Below, piece after piece: positions 10,323-20,497 of a stretch of DNA of 64,000 bases (positions within the stretch are counted from its first letter, which is position 1; each line of letters begins with the position of its first letter). The stretch spans positions 10,783 through 74,782 of the forward strand of contig JAFGGA010000204.1 in the NCBI GenBank assembly GCA_016930835.1. The letters are read 5' to 3'. The position numbers were made by a program, and so were the translations under genes. The notes beneath the pieces are model-generated. The model did no database searches. It saw only the letters and a list, made by a program, of their open reading frames with translations, and was not told the origin of the DNA. The stretch is from Deltaproteobacteria bacterium (GTDB taxonomy: Bacteria; Desulfobacterota; DSM-4660; Desulfatiglandales; HGW-15).

Positions 10323-11837
10323 ATGCTCGAAAAGGCCATTAAATGGATCAAGACATACACAATTTCTAATCAGGGTGTCGCTGTCACTTCAAAAAGGCAA
10401 ATCAGCTACCCCGAGGTTACAGGATATCTCATCCCTGCCCTGCTTTCAGTGGGTGAGCACGACCTTGCCCGTCAATATGCCGAATGGTTGGTTTCGGCGC
10501 AGAAACAAGATGGTTCTTTTTACGGAGCAGGAGATCATTGTGGGTATGCTTTTGACACCGGCCAAGTTATCAAAGGGTGGAATGCCATGCTGGATCGATT
10601 GCCTCGGTTGGAGATGCCTTTACGTAAAGCATGCGATTGGATAATGGAAACAGCCGATGCCACAACCGGAAGACTTTTGGTCCCGCGAACCAATACATCC
10701 TGGAGCCTGGGCCGGCGTGGTGAAGTTAGCGAAGGTATCCATCTCTATGTCTTACCGGCATTACGTGATACCGGGGAGATACTCAATGAACCCAAATACA
10801 CGAGATTTGCGAATCGATCATTGGACTATTATCTCAACAATAGCCCTTTAGCGGATTTTTCACAATCAAACGCCATGACTCACTTTTTTGCCTATATCCA
10901 GGAAGCCCTGCTGGAACTGGGTTGTGATGACAAGGCCCTTGAGGGCATGGTCTCCGTCTCGGAATACCAACAACCAACGGGCGCGATTCCGGCTTATTCG
11001 GATGTCCCCTGGGTATGCTCCACGGGGATGGCGCAATTGGCACTGGTATGGTATCGATTGGGAGATTCAGGCCGTGCGGATTCGGCACTATCTTTTCTTG
11101 AAAAGTTCCAGAACCCGAGCGGTGGATTCTTCGGTTCTTATGGTGTGCAGGCTGAATATTTTCCATCCGAAGAAATATCTTGGGCCCCTAAATTCATTAT
11201 AGACGCAATCCAACAAAAAATTGCCAACCACTTTGATCAAACCGCGGATCACTATCGATCCGATATTGCTATATCAGATGGACGCGTCCAGGCGTTGTTA
11301 AGACATTTGGGAGATCTGACCGATAAAAACCTCCTTGATGCGGGATGTGGTAAAGGCCGATATTCCATTTTTCTGAAACACTGCTTCCCCAATGCAAACA
11401 TCACTGCTCTGGATATTTCTCTGGAGATGCTCAAGGACATTCCGAATGCGATTAAAACGGTTCATCATGGTCTTTTAAACATGCCATTTCCGGATCATTC
11501 TTTTGATTCGGTTATTTGTATTGAGGCCTTGGAACATGTAATACAGATTGAACAAGGCATTCAAGAGCTTACCCGTGTGCTCGCCCCGGGCGGGAAGCTC
11601 GTAATTATCGATAAAAACCATGAAAAAAAAGGAAAACTGGGGGTTGAGCCTTGGGAAAAATGGTTTGAAAAAGATGCCCTGCTTCAGTTCATGAAAAATA
11701 ACGGTCTGGATGCCCTGGCTGAATTCATCGGCTATGACCAAGTATTGCAGCCGGATGGGCTTTTCATCTGCTGGTGGGGAACAAAGGCGCAGGGCGCATC
11801 CACCTTCACACAAGGCTTCCGTGGACAGGGGGCATAA
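10323..11837 (+). CDS. Alpha/alpha-toroid (prenyltransferase/six-hairpin-like) domain fused to a class I SAM methyltransferase
   Basis: SYPEVTGYLIP and QW-like repeats (WLVSAQKQDGSF, QQPTGAI, FQNPSGGF); C-terminal LDAGCGKGRY, EALEH, RVLAPGG. Confidence 0.8.
   Translation: MLEKAIKWIKTYTISNQGVAVTSKRQISYPEVTGYLIPALLSVGEHDLARQYAEWLVSAQKQDGSFYGAGDHCGYAFDTGQVIKGWNAMLDRLPRLEMPLRKACDWIMETADATTGRLLVPRTNTSWSLGRRGEVSEGIHLYVLPALRDTGEILNEPKYTRFANRSLDYYLNNSPLADFSQSNAMTHFFAYIQEALLELGCDDKALEGMVSVSEYQQPTGAIPAYSDVPWVCSTGMAQLALVWYRLGDSGRADSALSFLEKFQNPSGGFFGSYGVQAEYFPSEEISWAPKFIIDAIQQKIANHFDQTADHYRSDIAISDGRVQALLRHLGDLTDKNLLDAGCGKGRYSIFLKHCFPNANITALDISLEMLKDIPNAIKTVHHGLLNMPFPDHSFDSVICIEALEHVIQIEQGIQELTRVLAPGGKLVIIDKNHEKKGKLGVEPWEKWFEKDALLQFMKNNGLDALAEFIGYDQVLQPDGLFICWWGTKAQGASTFTQGFRGQGA
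11785..11798 (+). repeat. G-rich heptamer pair near a gene 3' end
   Basis: aggcgca gggcgca. Confidence 0.55.
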
Positions 11838-11847
11838 AGGGCTGGGT

Positions 11848-11889
11848 GTCAGAGGTCAGAGATCAGGAATCAGGAGTCAGAAGTCAGAA
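11848..11889 (+). repeat. RTCAGRR heptamer tandem array (6 units)
   Basis: gtcagag gtcagag atcagga atcagga gtcagaa gtcagaa. Confidence 0.9.
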
Positions 11890-11938
11890 TATGGACTGTC
11901 TTGTTTAATCGTTAGGCGGCGGAGCCGCGTTATATAAA

Positions 11939-14611
11939 ATGTCGCCCGCGGCATTGTATTCTATCATGATTCATCCAAATACCCAGCAAACCCCATCCTT
12001 ATCGGACCAGGTCCCTCTTGTCTCCATTGTCCTTCCGACATACAATCATCGGTCTTTTTTACCAAAAGCCATCCAAAGCATCTTTGCCCAGACATTTAAA
12101 AACTTTGAGCTGATCATCGTTAATGATGGGTCAACGGATGGAACATGTGAATATCTGTCCGGAATCAAGGACGATCGCATTAGAATCATTCACCAGGAAA
12201 ATCAGCGTTTGCCCAACGCACTGAATAACGGCTTCAAAATAGCACGCGGGGAGCTGTTCACATGGATTTCATCAGATAATTATTATTCGCCCATCTTTTT
12301 AGACGCTCTTGTTTCCGCCTTAAATGCATATCCCATTGCGGGCTTTGCCTATTCCGCCTTTGCTTGGATTAACGCAAAAGATGAGATCACCCGCATTATC
12401 CGTAATCAAGACCTGACTTACCATGCCTTATTGGCATGGAATCCGGGAATCGCCTCCTTTATGTACAGACGCACATGTCATGAACAATCGGGTTATTATA
12501 ATCCGGCTTTAGAGGGGGCGGAGGACTGGGATATGTGGCTTCGCATCACGGAAAAATTCCAGACCGTATACGTCCCTGAAATCTTATGCTATTACAGGCA
12601 GCATCTTCAAAGCATGTCCGGCTCCATAACACACCGGATTCAAACATCATCCCAAAAGGCATTCACCGAGGCCATCAAACGGAATCAATATCAATTCAAT
12701 ATGGATGCCCTTTATCCATCTATCAGTCTTTGTACGGACCAAAACAAGGCGAGGTTTCATGCATGTCTGGATTTCGGGACCACTTTGTTGACCTCCCCGT
12801 TTGCGCCATTGGAATTGTCCTGTCGGTTCCTGGAAGAGGCCCTGTCCCACATTCCCAATTCCATCCTCGCAGCGACCAATCTGGCCGTGGCCTATGCACG
12901 AAATAGACAATGGGACAAAGCCATGGGATTGGTCACTCAACTCCGTGATGTAAACAATACGAAGGCGAAGATCATGTGCGATGAGATCCGAGAAGCATTC
13001 AACCGAAGGAATCCGGAACCATTAAAAGAAACCCCGCTCTTTAGATTAGACAAAGAATATTCAGAACTTTTTACATTGGAAACCAAGAACATCTATTCTT
13101 TTACGGATGATATGCCCAACGCTTCGGAACAATCATCATCCGATTCACATGATGGAATCTCTAAAGTGGATCCCCATGCGGTCATGAAGCCTTTTGATTT
13201 ATTTGATGATAAGGTATCCGATGAGGAATCGAGGTCCACACCAGGGGAAATCGATAAGAAGATATTACAGAGCGAACAACTCTTTCATGAAGGACGGTAT
13301 ATTGAGGCCGAGGGTCTTTTACAAACCCTTCTTAAGGCCCACCCTTACCATCCGCAGGTCCTGAATACCCTTGCCTGCATCCTTTGGGAAACGGGCAGGA
13401 AACAAGAGGCCATTCAATCATTTATTCAAGCCGTGGAGATCGCACCGGATGATCGTGATATCATCTGGAACGTCGGCCAAATTTTTTTTGAGATCGGTTC
13501 AGTGGAAGAGGCGGTTGAGATCTATAAACATTATCTTGAACAGTACCCTGAGGACCAAGAGATTGCGACGGTTGTTGAAGCTTCGAGGCATAGGGACTCA
13601 AGGCCGGGCATAAGATATTCCGCCCCGTCTAAACCCCAGCCGCAAATATTTTATTTTTGTTATGACCATCAAAAGCCTTCAGGTGGGCAAAGACAGATGT
13701 ATCGTCATGTGGATATCCTTAATCAACATGGATATCAAAGCTTTGCCCTTCACATGCAGTCCGATTATCGGTTAACCTGGTTTGATAACCAAACAGCGGT
13801 TATTTCCTTAGATAAATTCCAAAAGATATACCGGTCGGAACACGATATTATGGTCTTGCCGGAAGATCTCGGAGATAGGATCCTATCTTTTCCAGGCAAG
13901 AAGGTTATCTTCAATCAAGGCGTTTATTTGGGTTTTTATTCATTAGGCTTAAAAAAAGTTCGCGCCTATCCCTATTTGGACTCCGACATCAAAGCCGTTA
14001 TAGTGGTCTCGGAACATAACCGCGAATATCTGGAGTTTGCCTATCCAGGTGTCAAGATATACAGGACATTTAATGGCGTCGAAGATAAAAAATTCACCTA
14101 TCAACCTGTGCAACAAAAAAAGAAGCAGATTGCTTGTCTGCCAGCGAAAAATCCTCTAGACCTGGCCCAGGTGTTTCATATCCTCTCATCTCGTTCCGTC
14201 CAGGGATTGAATCAAACAGGGGACTACCAATGGAGCTTTATCGAAAATCTATCTGAAACAGATGTGATTCGCACCTTACAAGATTCATTGATTTTTATCT
14301 TTCTCAGCACGGAGGAAGGATTTCCCTTAATGCCTTTGGAGGCCATGCTTTCCGGATGCCTGGTCGTAGGATACAAGGCTGGCCCCCTATTGGAATGTTT
14401 AAACAATGGAAATTCATTTCTTTGTCCGAAAGGCGATGCGTTGGCGGTTGCCAGAACCATTGAAGATATCACGACATCTCTTCAATCAAACGCCGCGGAT
14501 CTTCAAACCGTGAGTCTTGCGGCATTGAATAAGGCCGGGGAATATTCTCCTAAAAGAGAAGAAGAGAGTATCATAACGGCTTGGGAAGGAATAGTTGGCG
14601 ATATCTCATAG
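11939..14611 (+). CDS. GT2 + TPR + GT4-like multidomain glycosyltransferase
   Basis: VSIVLPTYN, VNDGSTD, AEDWDMWLR; TPRs; C-terminal PSGG...EEGFPLMPLEAMLSG; alternative start 11966. Confidence 0.88.
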   Translation: MSPAALYSIMIHPNTQQTPSLSDQVPLVSIVLPTYNHRSFLPKAIQSIFAQTFKNFELIIVNDGSTDGTCEYLSGIKDDRIRIIHQENQRLPNALNNGFKIARGELFTWISSDNYYSPIFLDALVSALNAYPIAGFAYSAFAWINAKDEITRIIRNQDLTYHALLAWNPGIASFMYRRTCHEQSGYYNPALEGAEDWDMWLRITEKFQTVYVPEILCYYRQHLQSMSGSITHRIQTSSQKAFTEAIKRNQYQFNMDALYPSISLCTDQNKARFHACLDFGTTLLTSPFAPLELSCRFLEEALSHIPNSILAATNLAVAYARNRQWDKAMGLVTQLRDVNNTKAKIMCDEIREAFNRRNPEPLKETPLFRLDKEYSELFTLETKNIYSFTDDMPNASEQSSSDSHDGISKVDPHAVMKPFDLFDDKVSDEESRSTPGEIDKKILQSEQLFHEGRYIEAEGLLQTLLKAHPYHPQVLNTLACILWETGRKQEAIQSFIQAVEIAPDDRDIIWNVGQIFFEIGSVEEAVEIYKHYLEQYPEDQEIATVVEASRHRDSRPGIRYSAPSKPQPQIFYFCYDHQKPSGGQRQMYRHVDILNQHGYQSFALHMQSDYRLTWFDNQTAVISLDKFQKIYRSEHDIMVLPEDLGDRILSFPGKKVIFNQGVYLGFYSLGLKKVRAYPYLDSDIKAVIVVSEHNREYLEFAYPGVKIYRTFNGVEDKKFTYQPVQQKKKQIACLPAKNPLDLAQVFHILSSRSVQGLNQTGDYQWSFIENLSETDVIRTLQDSLIFIFLSTEEGFPLMPLEAMLSGCLVVGYKAGPLLECLNNGNSFLCPKGDALAVARTIEDITTSLQSNAADLQTVSLAALNKAGEYSPKREEESIITAWEGIVGDIS

Positions 14612-14622
14612 TCATCCTTAGT

Positions 14623-16164
14623 ATGTCTCATCCTTTTTTGATTGTTCAAGTAGAGCCTCCACAAGCCGGGAATCAAGGTGACTATTTCTACCGCACTTAC
14701 GCCCCAGGTGTTTCCATGGCCAAGGAAGACGATGTCTGGGTTGTCACTTTGACGAATGTCCATCGCAGGAAACATATCATTATGGACATGGCCGACGTGC
14801 TCATTTTAAAGAACATCAGTGATCCGGATCTGCTTCCTCTGATGAAAAAGAGAAACTCCGAATCCAAGCCAACCGTATTCGAAATAGCCGATGACTTGAA
14901 TGCCCTGCAACCATGGAACCCTGTATACCCGTTTTTTAAAAATCCGGAAAACCTATCAACACTATATCACCTCGCCCGTCGATGTGATGCCTTACAGTTT
15001 ACCGTGACCGAACTCCAGCGCCTTTATGGCCATCTGAATAATCGTCATATCGTATTCCCCAACCAGATTCTCCAACCACCTCCTGAGCGCCGTTTATCTC
15101 AAAAACGGAAAACCATTATCGGTTGGGGGGGATCCCATGGGCATCTGGAAGACATGGCGGAGATCGCGCCCTACCTGATAGAGTGGATGGATCAACATCC
15201 GGAGGTTCATTTATGCCTTATGGGGTCGGATCCCATCTGGCGCCTCTTTGATGATATACCGCGGGCAAAAAAAACCCATATATTGCCTGGCTCACTGGAT
15301 GATTACTATCGTTTTCTATCCACAATTGATATTGGTGTCGGGCATCTAAAAAACACCGCCTTTAACCGGTCCAGGTCTGATGTAAAATTCTTGGAATATG
15401 CTGTTTCAGGAGTGGTACCGGTTATGACTCATTTGGAATCTTATCTTTACAGCTTGGAGCATGGGCGAACAGGCTTTTTGTATCATACTATAGAAGAATG
15501 TCTTCAAATCCTGGATCATTTGGTGGAAAATCCGACTTTAAGATATCAAGTCTCGCGATCAGCCCGTGAGTATGTACTCAAAGAAAGGCTCCAAGAGCAA
15601 CATAACGAAAATAGAATCGATTTTTATGGCTCTTTGGTCCCCAAAAACGTCAAGCCGCGAGACAAATCACAATATATTACATCACTTTTTCATGAATGGT
15701 CGCTGCTTGAAGGGAGTGCCCAACAAGGTAGATATCTCAATCTGCGGCCATCTCATTTTGAAATGCTTCTCCATGATGGACTTGTGGCCATGCAAATGGA
15801 TGGCGATCCTGAAAGGGCTGATGATTTGTTTCACCAGGCATCCATATTGGAGCCGGATAATCACCTTCCATATCTATATGGGGCAACGGTCTCTGCTGAT
15901 CCTATTGATAATCTGAAAAAAGCCGTTGAACGGATGCCTCATTCCATAAAGGCCAGATTACTGCTCGGACAGGAGTACTTTCGAAAGGGCGATGTAAAGG
16001 CGGCGCTTGAAAGCTTTGACTCAGCCGCCCGCATTTGCCCGGATTACGAAGTCCCATATCACAGAGTGGTATCCCTTCTCCAGACCATTGGAGAAAAGGA
16101 ACAGGCCGAAATATTGATGCAAAAGACCATGTCGTTAAATACATGTTATGGATGTCAATCATAG
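14623..16164 (+). CDS. GT4-like glycosyltransferase with C-terminal TPR
   Basis: FEIADD, IGWGGSHGH, FNRSRSDVKFLEY; C-terminal TPRs; start at MSHPFL. Confidence 0.8.
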   Translation: MSHPFLIVQVEPPQAGNQGDYFYRTYAPGVSMAKEDDVWVVTLTNVHRRKHIIMDMADVLILKNISDPDLLPLMKKRNSESKPTVFEIADDLNALQPWNPVYPFFKNPENLSTLYHLARRCDALQFTVTELQRLYGHLNNRHIVFPNQILQPPPERRLSQKRKTIIGWGGSHGHLEDMAEIAPYLIEWMDQHPEVHLCLMGSDPIWRLFDDIPRAKKTHILPGSLDDYYRFLSTIDIGVGHLKNTAFNRSRSDVKFLEYAVSGVVPVMTHLESYLYSLEHGRTGFLYHTIEECLQILDHLVENPTLRYQVSRSAREYVLKERLQEQHNENRIDFYGSLVPKNVKPRDKSQYITSLFHEWSLLEGSAQQGRYLNLRPSHFEMLLHDGLVAMQMDGDPERADDLFHQASILEPDNHLPYLYGATVSADPIDNLKKAVERMPHSIKARLLLGQEYFRKGDVKAALESFDSAARICPDYEVPYHRVVSLLQTIGEKEQAEILMQKTMSLNTCYGCQS

Positions 16165-16304
16165 AGTGGCATTTTATAGGCCACCGTAAAAAACAATGGC
16201 TGTGACAGAATAAAGGCATGAATAAAAATCACATTCCGATAGAATCAGATAAAATATCTGGCCCTGCGAATGACAATCTTCGTGGGATGTTCGTCTTTTC
16301 CCTG

Positions 16305-16365
16305 TGCGCCGCTTGCCCTGCCGTAGCCTTCAGGAGACGGCGGCTGCGTCATGCACCTAGTACCT
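16305..16365 (+). repeat. C-rich heptamer array interrupted by a GCCGTAGCCTT..GACGGC hairpin
   Basis: tgcgccg [hairpin] tgcgtca tgcacct agtacct, ending 7 nt before ATG 16373. Confidence 0.65.
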
Positions 16366-16372
16366 AATCTAT

Positions 16373-16993
16373 ATGAAGCTATCCCCGACACACATCCAAC
16401 GGTTTGAAAATTTTTTAGATCTCATCAAGACCCACACCTACCCTGAAGCGCTCACGGATCTTCATTCCAATTTGACTCAGAGGATGCTGGAGTACTTCCT
16501 TGCAAAATGCCCGCTGGAATCAACCAGTAAGATCCTGGATGTAGGCTGTGGCCAAGGAGTCGCTCTTCAATGGTTTATGCGAAAGGGTTTTCACCCAATC
16601 GGCATAACCCTCAATCAGGAGGACATCGCTGCCTGTCGCAATAAGGGCTACGATGTGATCGAGATGGATCAGTCTTTTATGGATTTTGATGATAAGACGT
16701 TTGATCTTATTTGGTGTAGACATTGCATTGAACACAGCGTCTTTCCATATTTTACGCTCCATGAATTCAATCGTGTTCTAAGGCAAAGAGGATATCTGTA
16801 TATTGAGGTGCCCGCACCTGATACCAGTTGTAAGCACCAGACAAACATGAACCACTACAGTGTGTTGGGGAAAAATATGTGGGCCTCGTTGATGATCAGG
16901 GCGGGTTTTACCGTGCTTGAGGACATAGATATATCCTTCAAGGTTCAAGCGGGGCCTGATGTATATTTTGCCTTTATTTTACAGAAAAAATAA
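16373..16993 (+). CDS. Class I SAM-dependent methyltransferase
   Basis: ILDVGCGQG, FDLIWCRHCIEH, RVLRQRGYLYIEVP. Confidence 0.9.
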   Translation: MKLSPTHIQRFENFLDLIKTHTYPEALTDLHSNLTQRMLEYFLAKCPLESTSKILDVGCGQGVALQWFMRKGFHPIGITLNQEDIAACRNKGYDVIEMDQSFMDFDDKTFDLIWCRHCIEHSVFPYFTLHEFNRVLRQRGYLYIEVPAPDTSCKHQTNMNHYSVLGKNMWASLMIRAGFTVLEDIDISFKVQAGPDVYFAFILQKK

Positions 16994-17003
16994 AAGGATC
17001 TCT

Positions 17004-17879
17004 ATGACTTCCATGACAACACCCTTAAAAGCCGATTCGCATAAAGTCCTACCCATTACCCTCTCATTCAACGGCCGGGAAATTGAATTCACCCTGACTT
17101 TAGATACGTCTCTATTCGGTCAGAAAATCATGTGGGATTATCTCTCCCGGGGCCGGCTGAATGAGCCGGAAACATCCCAATTCGTCATACATGCACTAAA
17201 ACCCGGAGACTGTTTTTTAGATATCGGTGCTCATATCGGCTATTTTTCCTTACTGGCCTCGGCATTGGTGGGTGATGATGGGAAGGTGATTTCCTTTGAG
17301 CCTGATGAAGCGAACTTCAACCATCTAAACCAAAACATTATGCTGAATTCCTTTCTCAACATCCATGCCAGAAACCAGGCTCTAGGAGCAACTATAGAAA
17401 AAAAGACCTTTTTCATCAATTCAGATGCGGATGGGGGACACGCCTTATGGGATGTAGGCCTGCATCCCTTTAATAAAAAAAGCCGTGTCAACAGATTCAC
17501 TCGAGATATACAAGTCCAAACCATCGATTCCATTATCGGCGATCATCAAATCGATAATCTTAAGCTAATCAAAATCGACACGGAAGGCGCCGAACAAAGC
17601 ATCCTACAAGGAGGAGTAAAAACCATCCAAAAACATCAAGTCCCATATATTATCTGTGAAATAAACCGTTTCGGGCTGGGGCAAATGAACTCCAACGAAT
17701 TTTCATTCAGATCGTTCGTGGAGGCAATGGGTTATCAACCCTATCTTCTGGCAGATGGGCGCAATGGACCCTTGATTATTCGTCTCAAGGATCATCAGAC
17801 ATTGGATACGCAAAATGTTTTCAACCTGCTCTTTGTTCGAAATGGCATCGCTCTACCGGAAGCATATATAAAGGAGTAA
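17004..17879 (+). CDS. FkbM-family methyltransferase
   Basis: LDIGAHIGYFS, SFEP, KIDTEGAE; AAGGA RBS before ATG 17004. Confidence 0.9.
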   Translation: MTSMTTPLKADSHKVLPITLSFNGREIEFTLTLDTSLFGQKIMWDYLSRGRLNEPETSQFVIHALKPGDCFLDIGAHIGYFSLLASALVGDDGKVISFEPDEANFNHLNQNIMLNSFLNIHARNQALGATIEKKTFFINSDADGGHALWDVGLHPFNKKSRVNRFTRDIQVQTIDSIIGDHQIDNLKLIKIDTEGAEQSILQGGVKTIQKHQVPYIICEINRFGLGQMNSNEFSFRSFVEAMGYQPYLLADGRNGPLIIRLKDHQTLDTQNVFNLLFVRNGIALPEAYIKE

Positions 17880-17882
17880 GAA

Positions 17883-19157
17883 ATGACCATCTTTGAAATC
17901 AATAAAGAAATACAGCGTGGAGAGCAAATCCTCCAAAAAGGATATGTTCAAGAAGCACTCACCATATTTGATTCCATACTTGAAAAGGATCCTGGAAATA
18001 ACCTGGCCTTGAATGATAAAGGCGTCGCCTTGAATCAGTTGGGCCGTTATGATCAGGCCATTGAAATCTTTCAAAAACTGTTGGCGAAAAAGGCGGCGAA
18101 CCCGACTGTCGTATTTAACCTGATCGCAAATTATATGAAGAGCGAACAATGGTGGGATGCGGGGAAAATATTCAAAGAATACGGACACGTTTTGGCACAC
18201 GAGGATTTCGAGAATATCCAGCGGAGACTCCAGGCCGCCCAAGCAGGGCAAAAGGAACCTTATTCCCCTGCTTCGAATACATTTGATTATGCGTATATCC
18301 ATGAAACGCTCATGCCGATGGCCTCTAAGAGGCTGTTCTTTATTATGGGAGTTCCCAAATCAGGAACAACATGGGTTCAACACCTGTTAAACGGTCATCC
18401 GGAGATCAGTTGCTCAGGGGAGGGAGATTTTAATAGAATAATGAACGCCCTGAAGGATATGGCGAATAATTACAACAGGCATATCACGGGCATTAATAAA
18501 AACATTGGGATAGAAAACTATTTGACATTTCAACAGAAGGATCTTCAATATCTATTTACAACAGCGATCTTTCTTTTATTCAGGCACTGGCCAACCAATG
18601 GGAATGATCGAATCATCGGCTCAAAGAATCCAATCATGATCAAATCCATTGAACCCTACCCGTCTCTCTTTCCACAATCAAAATACATCCATATCATACG
18701 TGATGGCCGGGACGTGGTCACATCAGCCTGGTTTAATAATTTAAGGGGGAACAAAGAGGACACCTTGTGCCGTTGGCCTGACTTCCATTGTTTTGTTGAA
18801 TTCGGTATGCGGGAATGGGTCGCGGATATGACAAAGGCACGCTCATTTGGAAAGACCTATAATGAAAGATATCTCGAGGTTCGATATGAAGATCTTCACA
18901 ACAATCCGAATCCGATCCTTGAAAAAATGCTTGAATTTCTGGGCGTTGATCCTTCGTTAGAAAGTTTGGGACAATGCATTCAAGCCGGATCGTTTAAATC
19001 TTTGTCTCATGGCCGTGAAAGGGGGCAGGAAGACCGGAACGCCTTCTTCCGCAAAGGGATTATCGGTGATTGGAAAAATCATTTTGCCCCTGAAGACGAG
19101 GATCTATTCATGGGATACGCCGGAAAATTATTAGAGGAGCTGGGATATTCTTCGTAG
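17883..19157 (+). CDS. TPR + PAPS-dependent sulfotransferase
   Basis: 5'-PSB GVPKSGTTW, 3'-PB IRDGRDVVTS, VRYEDL, FFRKGIIGDWKN; AAGGAG RBS. Confidence 0.92.
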   Translation: MTIFEINKEIQRGEQILQKGYVQEALTIFDSILEKDPGNNLALNDKGVALNQLGRYDQAIEIFQKLLAKKAANPTVVFNLIANYMKSEQWWDAGKIFKEYGHVLAHEDFENIQRRLQAAQAGQKEPYSPASNTFDYAYIHETLMPMASKRLFFIMGVPKSGTTWVQHLLNGHPEISCSGEGDFNRIMNALKDMANNYNRHITGINKNIGIENYLTFQQKDLQYLFTTAIFLLFRHWPTNGNDRIIGSKNPIMIKSIEPYPSLFPQSKYIHIIRDGRDVVTSAWFNNLRGNKEDTLCRWPDFHCFVEFGMREWVADMTKARSFGKTYNERYLEVRYEDLHNNPNPILEKMLEFLGVDPSLESLGQCIQAGSFKSLSHGRERGQEDRNAFFRKGIIGDWKNHFAPEDEDLFMGYAGKLLEELGYSS

Positions 19158-19237
19158 GGGCGACCATGTGTCTCCAGTTGTGTGGCTGACCGGCAGAGGA
19201 TGCGCTTTGGCAAGACGGTCCGTTTAGCCTCATTCCG

Positions 19238-19266
19238 GTACGGTCGGGTATAAAACCCGACCGTAC
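19238..19266. repeat. REP-like palindrome (TATAAAA-loop family)
   Basis: gtacggtcggg tataaaa cccgaccgtac; GTAGGGGCGACC at 19154 overlaps the upstream stop codon. Confidence 0.8.
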
Positions 19267-19297
19267 TGCGGAGGACAATGCGATCGAGATTCCTCTT

Positions 19298-19325
19298 TAC
19301 CCTTTGCGCCCCGCGCCATACGCCT
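19298..19325 (+). repeat. C-rich heptamer array before a start codon
   Basis: taccctt tgcgccc cgcgcca tacgcct; nearly identical to 32260-32287. Confidence 0.8.
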
Positions 19326-19333
19326 TTTGTATC

Positions 19334-20497
19334 ATGATTTATCTCTTTTTTCCAATAGGTTCCGGATCAGGATGGGATACCTGCGGTAAGTACCTTTCCT
19401 TGGAATTATCAAAGCTCATGGATGTCAGCATCGTAACCGCATCCCAAATCTCACCGGAATATATCGAAGATGAACTGGAGTGTTATGCTCTCAGCAATAT
19501 CCCCATCAATACCGTGAATGAGTATGACTTTGACCGGCAAAAAAAAAGGGTAAAAGGAATTTCCATCCGCACCTTGAACGACCTGGATCTGCGATTATGG
19601 CTTTCCGAAATTCAATCCGAAAGGACCATAGGATACACATTTTATTTGGGTACGCCTCTGAGTGCAAGGGATCGGGATGCGGCCGGAAGTCTTGATCTTA
19701 TCGTCGCCGGTTCTTCATTTTGTGAAGAGCGGCTCAAACAGGTCGGCCTTACAAATACTAAAACCGTCATCCAAGGGATCGATCCCGGGATATACAATCC
19801 CCATCATGCCGCAAAATCTAGGTTACAAGATCGATTTATCATCTTTTCAGGCGGCAAATTGGAATATCGTAAAGGACAGGATATTGTGCTCAAGGCGTTT
19901 AAAGCGTTTTCAGAAAAACATTCCGACGCGCTCTTAGTCAATGCCTGGTTTAATCAATGGGAATTCAGCCTCAAGACCATGTTGGAAAGCCGCCTGATCG
20001 AGTTCTGTTTTGATGCCGGCAATTTCATGAAAAGCATGGTTGATCTAATCCGGATGAACCATATTGATCCTGAAAAGGTGATTACATTACCTCTAAAAAC
20101 GCCTCACCAATTGGCTAATATCTTTAGAAATACGGATATTGGTCTATTCCCCAACCGATGCGAAGGGGGCACGAATCTAATGCTCATGGAATACATGGCA
20201 TGTGGTAAACCAGTCATCGCCACGTCCAAAACCGGACATTCGGATATTATTGAACCGGAGAACCCTTTTGCGGTCAAGCACTATGAATCGGTTCATCCAC
20301 GGAGCAATCGATTCTCTGAATATGAGGAATGGGTAGAGCCGAATGTCGATGAGATCATTGCCCTTCTGGAGACGGCCTATAATCATCCGGAACAATGCCT
20401 TCAGGAAGGAATCAAGGCGGGAAAGCGATTGGCGAATATGACTTGGGAAAAGGCTGCCGGGTCTTTTCATGAAATCTCCCGGGATTTGATATCATGA
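19334..20497 (+). CDS. GT4 glycosyltransferase (paralog of 29110-30540)
   Basis: SGGKLEYRKGQD, DIGLFPNRCEGGTNLMLMEYMACGKPVIA. Confidence 0.88.
   Translation: MIYLFFPIGSGSGWDTCGKYLSLELSKLMDVSIVTASQISPEYIEDELECYALSNIPINTVNEYDFDRQKKRVKGISIRTLNDLDLRLWLSEIQSERTIGYTFYLGTPLSARDRDAAGSLDLIVAGSSFCEERLKQVGLTNTKTVIQGIDPGIYNPHHAAKSRLQDRFIIFSGGKLEYRKGQDIVLKAFKAFSEKHSDALLVNAWFNQWEFSLKTMLESRLIEFCFDAGNFMKSMVDLIRMNHIDPEKVITLPLKTPHQLANIFRNTDIGLFPNRCEGGTNLMLMEYMACGKPVIATSKTGHSDIIEPENPFAVKHYESVHPRSNRFSEYEEWVEPNVDEIIALLETAYNHPEQCLQEGIKAGKRLANMTWEKAAGSFHEISRDLIS

Noticed and set aside
11848-11889. Tandem repeats as a CRISPR array
   Set aside because: 7-nt units without spacers; no CRISPR array, cas gene, tRNA or rRNA was recognised anywhere in the window
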